From: Octopus sinensis
Lineage: Eukaryota
Direction: 5' to 3'
Assembly: GCF_006345805.1 (NCBI RefSeq)
Contig: NC_043014.1
Location: 31,744,001-31,808,000, forward strand
DNA: 64,000 bases
The notes beneath the pieces were generated by a model. It did no database searches. It saw only the letters and a list, made by a program, of their open reading frames with translations, and was not told the origin of the DNA. A program made the translations under genes and the position numbers. Each line of letters opens with the position of its first letter. The first letter of the stretch is position 1. Shown piece by piece: positions 51,399 through 64,000 of the stretch.

Positions 51399-52254
51399 AT
51401 ATTATATATTATATAACTCTGATGAAGGTTTTGCCAGAAATGTTACACTTTCCTTTTTCTTCATATTCAACCAATTCTTTCCAATTTTGAACTGCTTCTA
51501 TTAACATTTACCAAAAGTCTTGAATACACATTTTGAAAGAAAAAAAGAAACAGAGAGGAAGAGAGAAAAGAAAAATAAAGCAAAGTAAACAGAAAGCAAA
51601 GGTGGCAAATGGTAAATTTGGTAGAATGCTGTAGAAAAAAAGTGCTTTGTAGCATTTAGTTATATTACTTTATCTTTCTTTGTACTCCAACCACAGAGTC
51701 TGTATTAGATAAGTACCAGTATTATACACTCCCCATTGGCCTGGTGTCAATAGAGGAAATCTATAGACATTCTTAGTGCAAAAGAAATTTAACTGTTTGT
51801 TCTTCTCTTTTATCTTCTTTGATTTTGAAATTGTTTTCACTCTGTTTTTGTCTCTCTTATACACAGCGTAGCACAATACTGTAAAGATACATTAAACAAA
51901 TAATAGCAATGTGTGTATGTGAGAATTTTATGAGACTACATGCAAGAGTACATGTTGGCAATATATATGAGTTTAACCCAAGGTGCTAGGTGAGAGTCAC
52001 TGACGAGTATTGATATAAATGCAAAGTCACTGTGATCTGGTTATGCCTTGGTGCTGAGGGAGCTTGCTTCCTTTATCAGTCATTAAGACAAGGTGCTTCA
52101 TGTGGCTCTGAGTTATTTTAACTCTTATTTCTAGCAATACCGGTGCTGCCTAATGCCCTCAGTCACTTTAGTAACATATATTTCTGTCTTTTGGTTGTAA
52201 AATTGCAAACAATCCACCCTTATTATTTATACACACACATATACACACATGCGT

Positions 52255-52302
<48 letters not shown>

Positions 52303-52503
52303 TCAGAGTATGCTAAGTGAGTATTAACAAGACGCAGGTATAACTGTGTGGCAAGAAGTTTGCTTCTCAACCACATGGTTCTGGGGGTTCAGTCCCACTG
52401 TATGGCACCTTGGGCAAGTGTCTTCTACTATAGCTTTGGGCCAACCAAAGCCTTGTGAGTGAATTTGGTAGATGGGAACAGAAAGAAGCCCATTGGAGAT
52501 ATG

Positions 52504-52715
52504 TATGAGAGGGTGCTGAAAAGTTCCTGGCTTTAAGGGTATTCCAAAAGTTGGAGGTCCAAACTTCCAAGTTCTTTTACAGGGCTTTAAAAAAATTGAG
52601 GAACCACTGCAAAGCGTATGAATCTGAAAGAGGAATATGTTGAATAAAATCACTAGTAACTGATCCTCCTATATTATCTTTTACCTGAAGCCAGGGACTT
52701 TTCAGCACTCCTTGT
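52504..52715 (+). mobile_element. Mariner-derived MITE nested in a family A SINE
   Basis: TIRs GGGTGCTGAAAAGTTCCTGGCTT / AAGCCAGGGACTTTTCAGCACTC. Retains the transposase C-terminal GGAATATGTTGAATAA (E-Y-V-E-stop). Confidence 0.8.
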
Positions 52716-53044
52716 GTGTGTGTGTGTGTGTATTTATATATGTGTATAAATAAATCTATGTGTGTGTGTCTGTGTTTATCCCACCACCATTGTTGGTGTG
52801 TTTACATCCCCATAACCTGGCGGTTAGGCAAAAGAGACAGATAAAATAAATACCAGGCTTTAAAAGAAATAAGTAGTGGGGTTGATACATTCGATTAAAA
52901 TATCTTCAATGCAGTGCCCCAGCTTGGAGTGCAGTCTAATGATTGAAACTAGTAAAAGATAAAAGACACTGATTTAATAAATACTACTGGGAATCATGGA
53001 AATTCCATAGTGTAAATCAGCATATTTGAGAAAATGGTAATATA

Positions 53045-53730
53045 TTCTTTTCTACTCTAGGCACAAGGTCTGAAATTTGGGGGGAGAAGGTCAGTCAATT
53101 AGATTGACCCCAGTACGCAACTGGTACTTAATTTATCAGTCCTGAAAGGATGAAAGGTAAAGTTGACCTCAGCAGAATTTGAACTCAGAACATAAAGACA
53201 GACGAAATACTGCTAAGCATTTTTTCTGGCATGCTAATGTTTCTTATTTCTTTATTGCCCACAAGGGGCTAAACATAGAGGGGACAAACAAGGACAGACA
53301 AAGGGATTAAGTCAATTAGATCGACCCCAGTGCGTAACTGGTACTTAAATATATCAACCCCGAAAGGATGAAAGGCAAAGTCGACCTTGGCAGAATTTGA
53401 ACTCAGAACGTAGCGGCAGACGAAATACCGCTAAGCATTTTGCCCTATGTGCTAATGTTTCTGTCAGCTCGCCACCTTAGACAGATGAAATACCTATTTC
53501 TTTACTACACACAAGGGGCTAAACACAGAGAGGACAAACAAGGACAGACAAATGGATTAAATCGATTATATCGACCCCAGTGCGTAACTGGTCATTATTT
53601 AATTGACCCTGAAAGGATGAAAGGCAAAGTCGACCTCGGAGGAATTTGAACTCACAACGTAGCGGCAGACAAAATACTGCTACGCATTTCTTCTGGCATG
53701 CTTACATTCCTTCCAGCTTGTTGCCTTGAA
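53045..53730 (-). mobile_element. Tandem/nested cluster of three family B SINEs
   Basis: Three GAAAGGATGAAAGG.AAAGT.GACCT...ATTTGAACTCA cores. Confidence 0.88.
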
Positions 53731-54134
53731 GATGTTAATATATTAAACATAAGCAAAGCATTTCAAAAAGTTCTTTTGAACTTCTGCCATCTAATCAAAA
53801 CTGCACTTTTAAATATAATGGAATTGAAGTTAGAATGTATTGCTTATTTACCTTCTTTTAATGTATTTGACAGATATAGTGTGCTTTATAGTTTAAGGAA
53901 ATAGAAGATGAATTGAAAAGATAAAACTTATTCACATGTAGGTGCAGATATGCCTGTGTGGTAAGTAGTTGTTTGCTTCTCAACCACATGGTTCCAGGTT
54001 CAGTCCCACTGTATCATACGTTGGTCAATTGTCTTCTACTATAGCCTTGGGATGACCAAAGCTTTGTGAGTGGATTTGGTAGAGTGGACTGAGGAAAAAC
54101 CATTTTGTATATATATATATATATATATATATAT

Positions 54135-54550
54135 ACTCTTTTTACTCTTTTACTTGTTTCAATCATTTGACTATGGCCATGCTGGAGCACTGCCTTTTTA
54201 GTCAAGCAAATCGCCCCAGACTTATTCTTTGTAAGCCCAGTACTAATTCTATCGGTCTCTTTTGCAAAACCACTAAGTAACGGGGACGTAAACACACCAG
54301 CATCGGTTGTCAAGCGATGTTGGGGGGACAAACATAGACACACAAACATATACACACATACATATATATATATATATACATATATACAACGGGCTTCTTT
54401 CAGTTTCTGTCTACCAAATCCACTCACAAGGCTTTGGTCGGCCCAAGGCTATAGTAGAAGACACTTGCCTAAGGTGCCACATAGTGGAACTGAACCCGGA
54501 ACCATGTGGTTCATAAGCAAGCTACTTACCACACAGCCACTCCTACGCCT
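54135..54550 (-). mobile_element. Full-length family A SINE
   Basis: Near match to 20161-20590. Confidence 0.9.
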
Positions 54551-56009
54551 ATATATGTATATATAGTGGTGTACATACACCCTTGTGCTCACCTTATAGA
54601 AGATATGAGTCTAAGTCTTGTATGACTCTTACTCTATCTTTTATTCCCCCAGTCATTTTCCTTCTTTTTTCTCGTTCCACCTCTCTCACATTTTTTGGCC
54701 CTCTCTTTCTTTAACTCCCACTATTTCTCAATCGTTTATCTCCCCTGTACCTTTCTTTTTGTCTCTGATTTTTTTCTAATCCTTCAATCCCGCTGTCCCC
54801 TACCCATCTCTCCTACTTCCATGTGACGAGTGTCCAGCCAGCCATGATCTTTCTTTCTTGGCCTGACTGCAAACTGTCAACTTCTCTTGTGTCCATCTCC
54901 CATGTTTCTGTCTTTAGGCTTTCACTTCATACATGCCAGCTCAATTTGATTTGTTCTCAGTCGAAAGACACCTGTTGTTATTTCTTGTAATTTGTATTTG
55001 TAATTGTGTACCATGTTCTCCGTTCTTTTTGTTTATTTGGTTTTTTTTTGTCTTTGTTATGGCACACATTCGCTAGCTTTCTTGCAAAGGGGTCTAATGC
55101 TCTTAGCTTACACTTTTTTGGTGGCAACCAGATTGAACTATCTCAAGTGTAACTGCCTGAAGTGGTCGTGACTTCTGTGACTTAACTGATGAAAGAAAGC
55201 CAAGAATGACCTGTCCTTTTTTGCCTGTCCTTTTAATTGTTGTTTCTCTTGTTCGACTTTGTATCATCTATCTGTCCAAACGTTTTAATGCCCTCTACTG
55301 CTTTTTTGTCTCATATATATATATATATATTATAGTTCAAATTTGCAGAAAACAAAGGATGAAGCGAAGTGTAGGAACAACATGCAAGTGTATTAGTTTA
55401 ATGTTCAAGAAGAATGGAAAAGTCCTTTATGTTTCGAGCCAACATTCTTTGACAGAAAGGATTAAAAGGAAAAAAATGAGATTGAATGAAAAAGGCAGAG
55501 AGAGGAAAAATAGGTGTAGGGATTAATGGTTCAACATGATGAAATAGCCAGAAGAATGAAGGTGAAAGGATGGGAGATAATAACAGTGATTGAGTTGAGC
55601 GAATTTGCTCATGCGTATGTGTGTATATGAGAATGTTGTGGAGTGTGTATGTATGAATGAGTGTGTGAGTGTGGTTGTGCAGGCGAGCTGAAAAATATAT
55701 GAACCTGAAAAATATATGTGTGTGCATATGGACATGTGTTTGTATGCATACAATTATCATGTGTGTGTGTGCAAATGTATTGGCCTGGGTGTGTGTGAAA
55801 GTATGTGTCATGTGGAGTGATGTGCATTTTGTGTATTTGTGTGTGTGTGTACATGAGTGCATGTGTGTGTGTGTGCATGTGTGTGTGTATGCAAACACTT
55901 GTGTTTAGCAGTTGATGTGTGCTTGTGTGGGTGTGGAAGTGTGCATGATGGTATGTGTACTGAGTTGAATGGTGCACCCCTATATATATCAATATGTTAC
56001 CACATGTGT

Positions 56010-56195
56010 ATCGTTGGCGACTTTCTTTCTCCGTCTTCCCTTCTTTGGACTTTTTCTATATTTCTGACGAAGAGCTCGGCTCAAAACATGAAATCCTCTT
56101 TCTTTTCTTTCATTTCTGAGCGTCCAATAATTACTGTACTTATTCCACGTCCTCGCGTTGTTGTTTTTCTTGCTTGTTCATATTTGGATTAACTA
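56010..56195 (+). mobile_element. PLE-terminal-like repeat with a degenerate minimal hammerhead
   Basis: CTGACGAA-GAGC-TCG-GCTC-AAAAC at 56064-56087. The downstream body is homologous to 51248-51357. Confidence 0.6.
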
Positions 56196-56341
56196 TATAT
56201 ACACACACGCACACACACAAATATATATATATTTATATATATCATCATCCTCTAACGTCCTCCTTGTATGCTGGCATGAGTTGGATGGTTTGTCAGGAGC
56301 TGACCTGGCAGTAGACTGCATCATACTTCTGAGTCTGCTTT

Positions 56342-56387
<46 letters not shown>

Positions 56388-56440
56388 CAATAAGAGGCTT
56401 CCAAATAGGAAAGCATTGTGCTACAACACAAAAAAGAATA

Positions 56441-56738
56441 AATTCACGAAAAGAATGAAAATTAAAAACGTTTACCATCTCAACTATTTCCCAGACTGAC
56501 GGTTTCTAACTGTCGCCGGGTATAATCTGCGTCTGCAAAGTGGTTTGAAAAGTTAGGATTTACAAACCGTTAGGCCTACATGTGGATCTAGCGGTCTGTA
56601 TGTCTGGATTCTAAAGGCTGTCCCACTGAAGAAACTGGCCTTCAGCAAATACATTTTTGCTGGAAATAGTTAGAAACCGTCGGTCTGAGAAATAGTTGAG
56701 ATGGTAAATGTTTCTAATTTTCATTCTTTTCTTGAATT
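56441..56738. mobile_element. MITE with TIRs of about 70-80 bp
   Basis: AATTCACGAAAAGAATGAAAATT...CCATCTCAACTATTTCCCAGACTGACGGTTTCTAACT and its reverse complement. Confidence 0.88.
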
Positions 56739-57591
56739 CCCACAATCATTTGACAACTGGTGCTGGTGTGTCTATGTCCTTCTAACTTAGGTGCTTGGCA
56801 GAAGAAACTGATAAAATAAGTACCAGGGCTTGAAGAAAAAAGTAGTGATGTTGATTCATTTTGTTAAAAATTCTTCAGGGTGGTGCCAGTCTAATGACTG
56901 AAATAAGTAAAAGGTATATATATATACATAAAAATAAGTACACTTTTATATATATATATGTGTAAAGTTCCCTTTTTGCTGATTAACCACTACCAACACG
57001 GCTCAGTTGAAGTTATTTACCAATTGAGATTATTTTTATTTCTTTTCATTTCATTTTTGCTCACCAGCTATCTCTCTGTATGTCCCTCTCACCTACATAC
57101 CTCTCTGTATGTCCCTCTATCTGCATATATACTGATATATCTGTAGGCTCTTCTACATACCTTTCTATGTATCTCTTTGTTTAATTAACTATCATATCTA
57201 CTTTCCCTTCTATTGATGTATGTATCTAACTACTTTCATATAGTCAATAAGCAATTAAACATAATAACAAAAAATAAATAAATAAATAAAAGAAACCAAT
57301 AATGGCAGTGTCCCAGCATGCCACAGCCTTTGGTCTGGAAAACATAAAAGGTAAAAATGTAATATCCACAGCTATTTGCTAACTAAGGTTATTGCACTTT
57401 AATTTAACTACCTATTGATATATCTTTTAATGCATAAATTTATAGATCTTCTTGACATTGTTTCATTATGTTGAACATTTCAATGGTACTAGTGATTTGA
57501 AAATAGAAATTCAGAATAATATAGAGCCCCCTCTCTCTTTCTCTCTCTCTCTTCTCATCTTTTTCTCTTTCTATTGTTTACACTGATTGTA

Positions 57592-58997
57592 TTGGGTCAA
57601 CCCCAAAATAATGTGTTTACTTTTGTACTTCTTTTATTTTCAAAATTAAGATGAACAAAGTTCTTTTTTAATCTAAAATATACTCTCCTTCATTTTCTAC
57701 AATGCTTTTCCATCTATCTGGTAGACTCGCAAGGCCCCTCTTCCAAATTTCATTTATCCGTGACGAAAAATACTCCTCCAGTACTGTTCTGACCTCATTC
57801 ATACTTTTTCCATCCAAATGATTTTGAAGACTGTGAAATAAATGATAATCAGATGGGGCAATATCTGGCGAATATAGGTATCGTTTCCCATTCAAACTGC
57901 TCCAACCTTTGCAATGTCATTCTCGCTATATGTGACTGAGCATTATCCTGATGGAAGAACACCTTTCGTCTTGAAACAAAGATGGTAATTTTCCTTCTAG
58001 TGCTAATTTAAGCCACTCAAGCTGCTCATAGTAAGTAGATCTCCTTTGTTATCCTTTGGTTTGGGTTTAAAAGTTCAAAGTGGATTAAACCTTTCATATT
58101 CCACCAAACATAACAACACCTTATGTGGGTGAAGTCCTTCTTTAGCCTGGGGTTCTGGTGTTTCTCCTTTCCCTAACTACTGTCTTTGGCACTTAACATT
58201 TTTATAGAGAACCCATTTCTCATCACCAGTCACTATTCGGTCCAAAAAAGGTTCATTCGTGAGATGTGACAGCAAAGAAGAGCATTCACTTTCTGTGCAC
58301 AATTAGACTTGGAAAGTTTGTGAGGAACCCATTGACCCAATTTGCTGACTTCTCTGGTGGCATGCAGGTGTTGAGGAATTGTTGAATGACCAAATCCTAG
58401 CCTCTCAGCTAGTTCCTCAATAGTTACGATATGATTTTGTTCCACCAGGTTTTCCAGGATGTCCTCGTTGATCTCTATAGATCTTTCAGAAAGAGGCTCG
58501 TCTTCTAGGCTGTAGTTTCCAGCTTGGAATTTCTGGAACTACCATTGACACTAGCTTACGCTTATTGTCCGAACCCCATATGCTACAGGGTGATTCAAAA
58601 GTCACCATACATAAGAACAATTTATTTTTTTATTAGAAACAGTTCATAAGAACAGTTTTTTTTTATTTAACTGATTCTTATAAAAAAATTAATTTTTCCT
58701 ATGTACGCTGACTTTTGAATCACCCTGTACATCAATATTCCTCACACTTTCCGTTGTGTTGTTGCCTTTATTGAACTCAAAGCAAAATATGCCAAATATG
58801 CTCCTTTGTCACTTCAGTAATAGCTTTGAAAAAATAACTTAAAATCGAACTGCACTCATCAAAACTTGCACTAAGAAAAGGACAAGGTGAAATTACTACC
58901 TGCTTTTGTAGCAAGTTGCTGCAGGTAGCTTATCCTACCCCCTCCGACTTTTAGTTCATGCAATTGGAAAAACCGCATTATTTATGGGATGACCCAA
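57592..58997 (-). mobile_element. Full-length decayed mariner transposon
   Basis: TIRs TTGGGTCA.CCC.AAATAATG with TA TSD. Transposase motifs WVPHKL and YSPDIAPSDYHLF. Multiple stops. Confidence 0.92.
58586..58727. mobile_element. Tc1/mariner-type MITE nested in the mariner ORF
   Basis: TIRs CAGGGTGATTCAAAAGTCA / TGACTTTTGAATCACCCTG with TA TSD. Confidence 0.9.
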
Positions 58998-59027
58998 TAC
59001 TATTTCTGTTTCATTTCTCCCTTATCT

Positions 59028-59111
<84 letters not shown>

Positions 59112-59229
59112 CTCCCTTTGAGCTATTACTTCCCTTGGTGTAAATGTAAGTCATGGACAAAATTGAACAGACCACAGGAATGCCAAGAATAATATTGTAG
59201 ATTTTTTTCTTGGATCTTTTAATTTTATT

Positions 59230-59610
59230 TTTTTATCTTTTACCAGTTTCAGTCATTGGAATGGGACCATGCTGGGGCACTGTCTTGAAGAATTTAGTTG
59301 ACATCAGTACTTATTTTTGTTAAAGCCTCGTACTTATTCTATCAGCCTCTTTTACTGAACTGCTAAGTTACAAGGATGTAAACAAACCAACACTGGTTGT
59401 CAAGTGGTGGTAGGAGATAAACATAACACACACACATATTTTGTTTTTCATGTATCAAACCCTAGTTTTTCCACAGACCAGATCCATTCTAAGGGATTTG
59501 GTCAGCCTAAAACTATAGTTGGAAAAACTTGCCCAAGGTGCCATGCAGTGAGACTGAAACCGAGATCACATAATAAGGAAGCAAATATCTAAACCACAAA
59601 GCTATGCCAG
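59230..59610 (-). mobile_element. Diverged family A SINE
   Basis: Tail and head motifs as in other copies. Confidence 0.75.
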
Positions 59611-59764
59611 TTTATTTTATTTTGTATCAGAGTTTGTGAACGAGAACATTATTGGCTACAACTATCCAACAGATCAAACACTGGTTCAATGTAGGTGAAA
59701 GGGACAGAAAGTGAGTATCTGTAACTCAGTGCAGAACAAATATCACCAAGGGTTTTAGTTGACA

Positions 59765-59795
<31 letters not shown>

Positions 59796-60724
59796 TGTGT
59801 ATGGCAAGTGTCCACACATGTCAGCTAAATTCCACCCCAAAGTATTAACCAAGATAAAGTTATAGTAGAATGACCTTGCCCAAGGTTCCACTCAGTAGTG
59901 AGTGAATATGGTATCCTATGGCTACTAATCAAACTTCTTATGCATACAATCATGCTTGTGCCATCTTAGTATTGCTTTTGTTTGTGCATTGAATTCTCCT
60001 TGTATGGGATTTGGGGTAGATTTGTCTGTTATTTCTAGCAAATGTCATGACCACACAGAGGTTCCCCGATTGTCACCGACTCAGACAGCATCAGTTTTCA
60101 AGCACAAAAGAAATAACCATACAACAAAACAACAACAACAAAAAAGATATAAAAAAAAGACAAAAAACAAAACAAAAACTCAGTTACCACTTGATTCTAA
60201 ACAATATGTAATTTACTGTGGCTGGTGATGAACAATAGATATTCAATGTGTTTATCAAATAATGATGTATGCTATAACAGTAAGTTATTGGCAGAAGGAG
60301 AACAGACAACATTAAGGATATCACTCTAGACATCATTAGGAGATTCAGCTCCTACAGAACAAACATTACTGATCCATCTTTTATCCTTTATATTTTACTT
60401 TCATACTTTAAGAAATGTCTGAACAGAAAGCAGTAAAGTTGATTAATCTTGATTTCTTCGAGAAAACAACATAGGAGATAATGGGGTGGGGGTAACAACA
60501 ATAAAACAACACAGCTAGACTAAGAAAGAGCAGACAAAGGGAAATAAATATTAGGTCTGTAATAGAAGATTTTTTTTTTTATCCAATGGAAATCTCTAAA
60601 TGAAGATTGAGGCAGAAGTAGGAGAATGGTATATGTTGAAATTTGCTATGTTTATGCTATGTAATATTACTCTCACACACCTCTGTCTCTCTACATATGT
60701 ACACACAAACACACACATATACAA

Positions 60725-60755
<31 letters not shown>

Positions 60756-61487
60756 AACACACATACACACACATACAAACACACACACACACAAACACAC
60801 ACACATACAAACACACACAAACACACACACACAAGCACACATACAAACACACACACACAAGCACACATACAAACACACACACACACATACAAACACACAC
60901 ATACACACACACATACAAACATACACACACACATACAAACACACACACACACACACAAGCACAAGCGTCAGTAAACAAACTGAGTCATAAGGCTGAGTAC
61001 GGAAAAGAGAAACACATTGAGAAAAACATGAAAGAAAAGCAGGAAATCAAAATGCCATCTTATATTGACCAATGATTGTCTTATTATATGAGCAAACATT
61101 ATGAAGATTTCTTTATTTGCCACAAGGGCAGCAATAAAAGATATTACAAAGATAATAATGGTTGTTGCTCTCATTCTTGTTCTTGTTTAGTTCCAGGTCA
61201 AATCTGATTGATCAGACCTATGAAGATCCTGTTTTCCTGCTGTGGTATGTAGGATGATATTATCTAATGTGTCATTTCTAGATTGAAGACAGCAGGGATG
61301 AATTAAGGGAGATTGGGTTGCTATTTCTAGTAGATTACGTGACCTTGTAGAGGCTCACTTATTGGCTTGAATATCTGATTCATAATGGAATTAGTATAGG
61401 AGAGTTGCTTAAGCCACATAAGGCAGCTGGGCTTATCATCCAGTTTAACACTTTTGCTTAAAAGCAGAACTGGACAATCCCTTTGCT

Positions 61488-61488
61488 G

Positions 61489-61519
<31 letters not shown>

Positions 61520-61875
61520 TGTATGTATGTATGTATGTATGTATGTATGTATGTATGTATGTATGTTTGTATGTATGTATGTATGTATGTATTATGTATG
61601 TATGTATGTATGAATGTATGTATGTATATATGCATGTATGTATGAATATGTATGTATGCATGTATGTATGAATATGTATGTATGTATGCATGTATGTATG
61701 TATGTATGTATGTATGTATGTATGTATGAATATGTATGTATGCATGTATGTATGAATATGTATGTATGTATGCATGTATGTATGAATATGTATGTATGCA
61801 TGTATGTATGCATGTATGTATGTATATATGCAAGCATGCATGCATGCATGTATGTACATGCATGTATGCACGTGT
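61488..61875. repeat. (TATG)n microsatellite
   Basis: Read directly. Confidence 0.95.
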
Positions 61876-62446
61876 TTCCATATGTGTATGTTTTCATAAC
61901 TGAGTGCACATTACCTCTCATTTTCAGGTGTATGTTGATTGTAAACAAAGTCTAACCATTCACGCAAACAGTGTTTCTTATTTTTTTTTTCGTTTGCAGT
62001 CTCACCCACCCCACACCCCATGAAAGCATATCTGGGAAGTTCACTGTTTGATAGATCGGAAGATTATTACCTTGTTTGGATACAATGAGAGGGTGTCATC
62101 AAGAAGGGTATCTGCTTGTAGAAAATTCTATTTCAACAAAGTCTTGCCTAATCTATGCAAGCAAAGAAAAGAAGACATTAAAATGATGATGATGATGATG
62201 CTGATGATAATGATGATACTATGTGACATCAGTATTCAAATATGTTTACTTTCCTTTTTTGAAGGAGATACAGATTTTAAAAAATAAATTTTTTTATGTA
62301 ATTTTAAATAAAAACTTTTTTTTTCGTATCCTGTAAAAAAAGTTCCATCTTCCTCAGAGTTGAACCTTTGGTATACATCATCTTTCAAAATTAAATTCAG
62401 GCAAAAGATTTTACTGTTGGCATCTCTCTTTTTCTCCCCCTCTCTC

Positions 62447-62470
62447 TCTCCCTCCACATCTCTCTCTCAC

Positions 62471-62509
<39 letters not shown>

Positions 62510-62615
62510 TCATCATCATCATCGTTTAGCGTCCGTTTTACGATGATGATGATGATGATGATAGAGAGAGAGAGAGAGAGAGAGAGAAATAGTGAGAGAG
62601 AGATGTGGAGGGAGA
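62447..62615. repeat. Local inverted duplication with a 14-nt spacer
   Basis: TCTCCCTCCACATCTCTCTCTCACTATTTC(TC)n(ATC)nGT / AC(GAT)n(AG)nAAATAGTGAGAGAGAGATGTGGAGGGAGA. Confidence 0.9.
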
Positions 62616-62764
62616 ATATATATATATATTATTAATAGTTAGGGAATGTAATAATTCCCAGCCAACAGGAAAAAAAAAATTCAATTTAGCACACTAGATC
62701 AAAATTTCAATATATATATATATATATAAATGGAGTTTAACGCAGGTATAAATCAAATACTTTT

Positions 62765-62851
62765 ACTTTCGACACCTGTTTCGAAGATTTCACTGATATT
62801 ATTCAAAAGAATAAATGGTATAAAACCATGCAATCTTCTCTTCAGGGAAGT
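62765..62851 (-). ncRNA. Type I hammerhead ribozyme
   Basis: Minus strand: ACUUCC-CUGAAGA-GAAGAUU...AAUCUUC-GAAA-CAGGUG-UC^GAAAGU. Perfect 7-bp stem II and 5 of 6 pairs in stem I. Confidence 0.8.
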
Positions 62852-63414
62852 GAAAAAACGAAACTCGTCAATAAGACAGTTTAGCAAAAAATGATGGATA
62901 TGTATAGTGATTTACTGAATGCTATTAATATTGTTTGAAAAAATGTTATATGATATAACATCAGAAGTAGCTTACAGAAAGAGTAGGGATATTAATAGTG
63001 AATGTTAAATATAAAGGAAATTAATGTTTAAATTATATATAATGATAGAGATTACTTATATGCACTAAAGGTGTATTTTTGCCAATGTTTATATCAGTAT
63101 GCATGCTCTATAATCGTGTTTACTAGGGGATTTTTAGAAAAAATACTGAAAAATAGTTCAGAATTACAGAGAAGACAGAATTCCTTGCCTTTGTCATAAG
63201 GTATCGGGATTGAGAGAATCAACCATTCTAAATTAAATTGTTCATTGTGGTCTTTTAGATCCCAAATTAATTAAATAAGGCAAAAATACACTCATCTATA
63301 TATCTATATATATATATATATATATATAATTTAGTGACAAACCGCTATTTAGTTGGTTACTATAGATAAAATCGGTTCACTATTGATAGAATAACTAAAT
63401 AGTGGTTTATCTCT

Positions 63415-63472
<58 letters not shown>

Positions 63473-63714
63473 TATCATCAACATTGTTTAACATCCACCT
63501 TCCATACTGGCATTGAGGGGATGGTTTTGATAAGAGCTGGCCAGGCAGAAGCCTGCTCCAAACTTCTGTAACTGTTTTGGCAGGATTTTTACAGCTGGAT
63601 GCCCTTCCTAACACCAACCCCTCAGCATACATACATACATACATACATACATACATACATACATACATACATACATACATGCATACATTATATAAGCACT
63701 ATTCTAAAGTGATT

Positions 63715-63916
63715 GATGCCCGGCTTGCCTGACTGGCTCCTGTGCTGGTGACATGAAAGAAGCACCCACTACAGTCTTGGAGTGGTTGGCGTTAGGAAGG
63801 GCATCCAGCTTTAGAAACATTGCCAGATCAGATTGGAGCCTAGTGCAGCCGCTGGCTCTCCAGGCCCCAGTCAAACCGTCCAACCCATGCCAGCATGCAA
63901 AATGGACGTTAAATGA

Positions 63917-63935
<19 letters not shown>
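63715..63935 (+). mobile_element. RTE-type 3' tail repeat (an opposite-strand copy lies at about 63480-63625)
   Basis: GGCGTTAGGAAGGGCATCCAGC...GGACGTTAAAT(GAT)n. Confidence 0.85.
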
Positions 63936-63950
<15 letters not shown>

Positions 63951-64000
63951 GGTGGTGGTGGTGGTGGTGGTGATGATGATGTATATTTATAAGAAAATAA

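Overview
This is AT-rich, microsatellite-dense eukaryotic non-coding DNA. The tRNA-derived SINE families and RTE-type (GAT)n tails are as I recall them from octopus genomes, so the taxon is an inference. I find no credible host protein-coding gene, rRNA, true tRNA or CRISPR array. Most listed ORFs are translated microsatellites, and the rest are transposon remnants. The window holds a 5'-truncated RTE LINE with a PHD-type finger inside its RT and a structurally complete but decayed Gypsy/Mag-like LTR element with a CATAT TSD. It also holds R4/Dong RLE retrotransposons in a (TAA)n array, a Helitron derivative, Tc1 and mariner relics, several MITEs and dozens of SINEs. The most interesting signals are: (1) two type I hammerhead ribozymes with intact cores on the minus strand (9819-9936, 62765-62851), plus degenerate relatives; (2) a ~555-bp non-coding element found twice, both times inside TAA arrays; (3) a 36 x 35-bp minisatellite grown from the B-box region of a SINE. 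Coordinates of degraded repeats are approximate.
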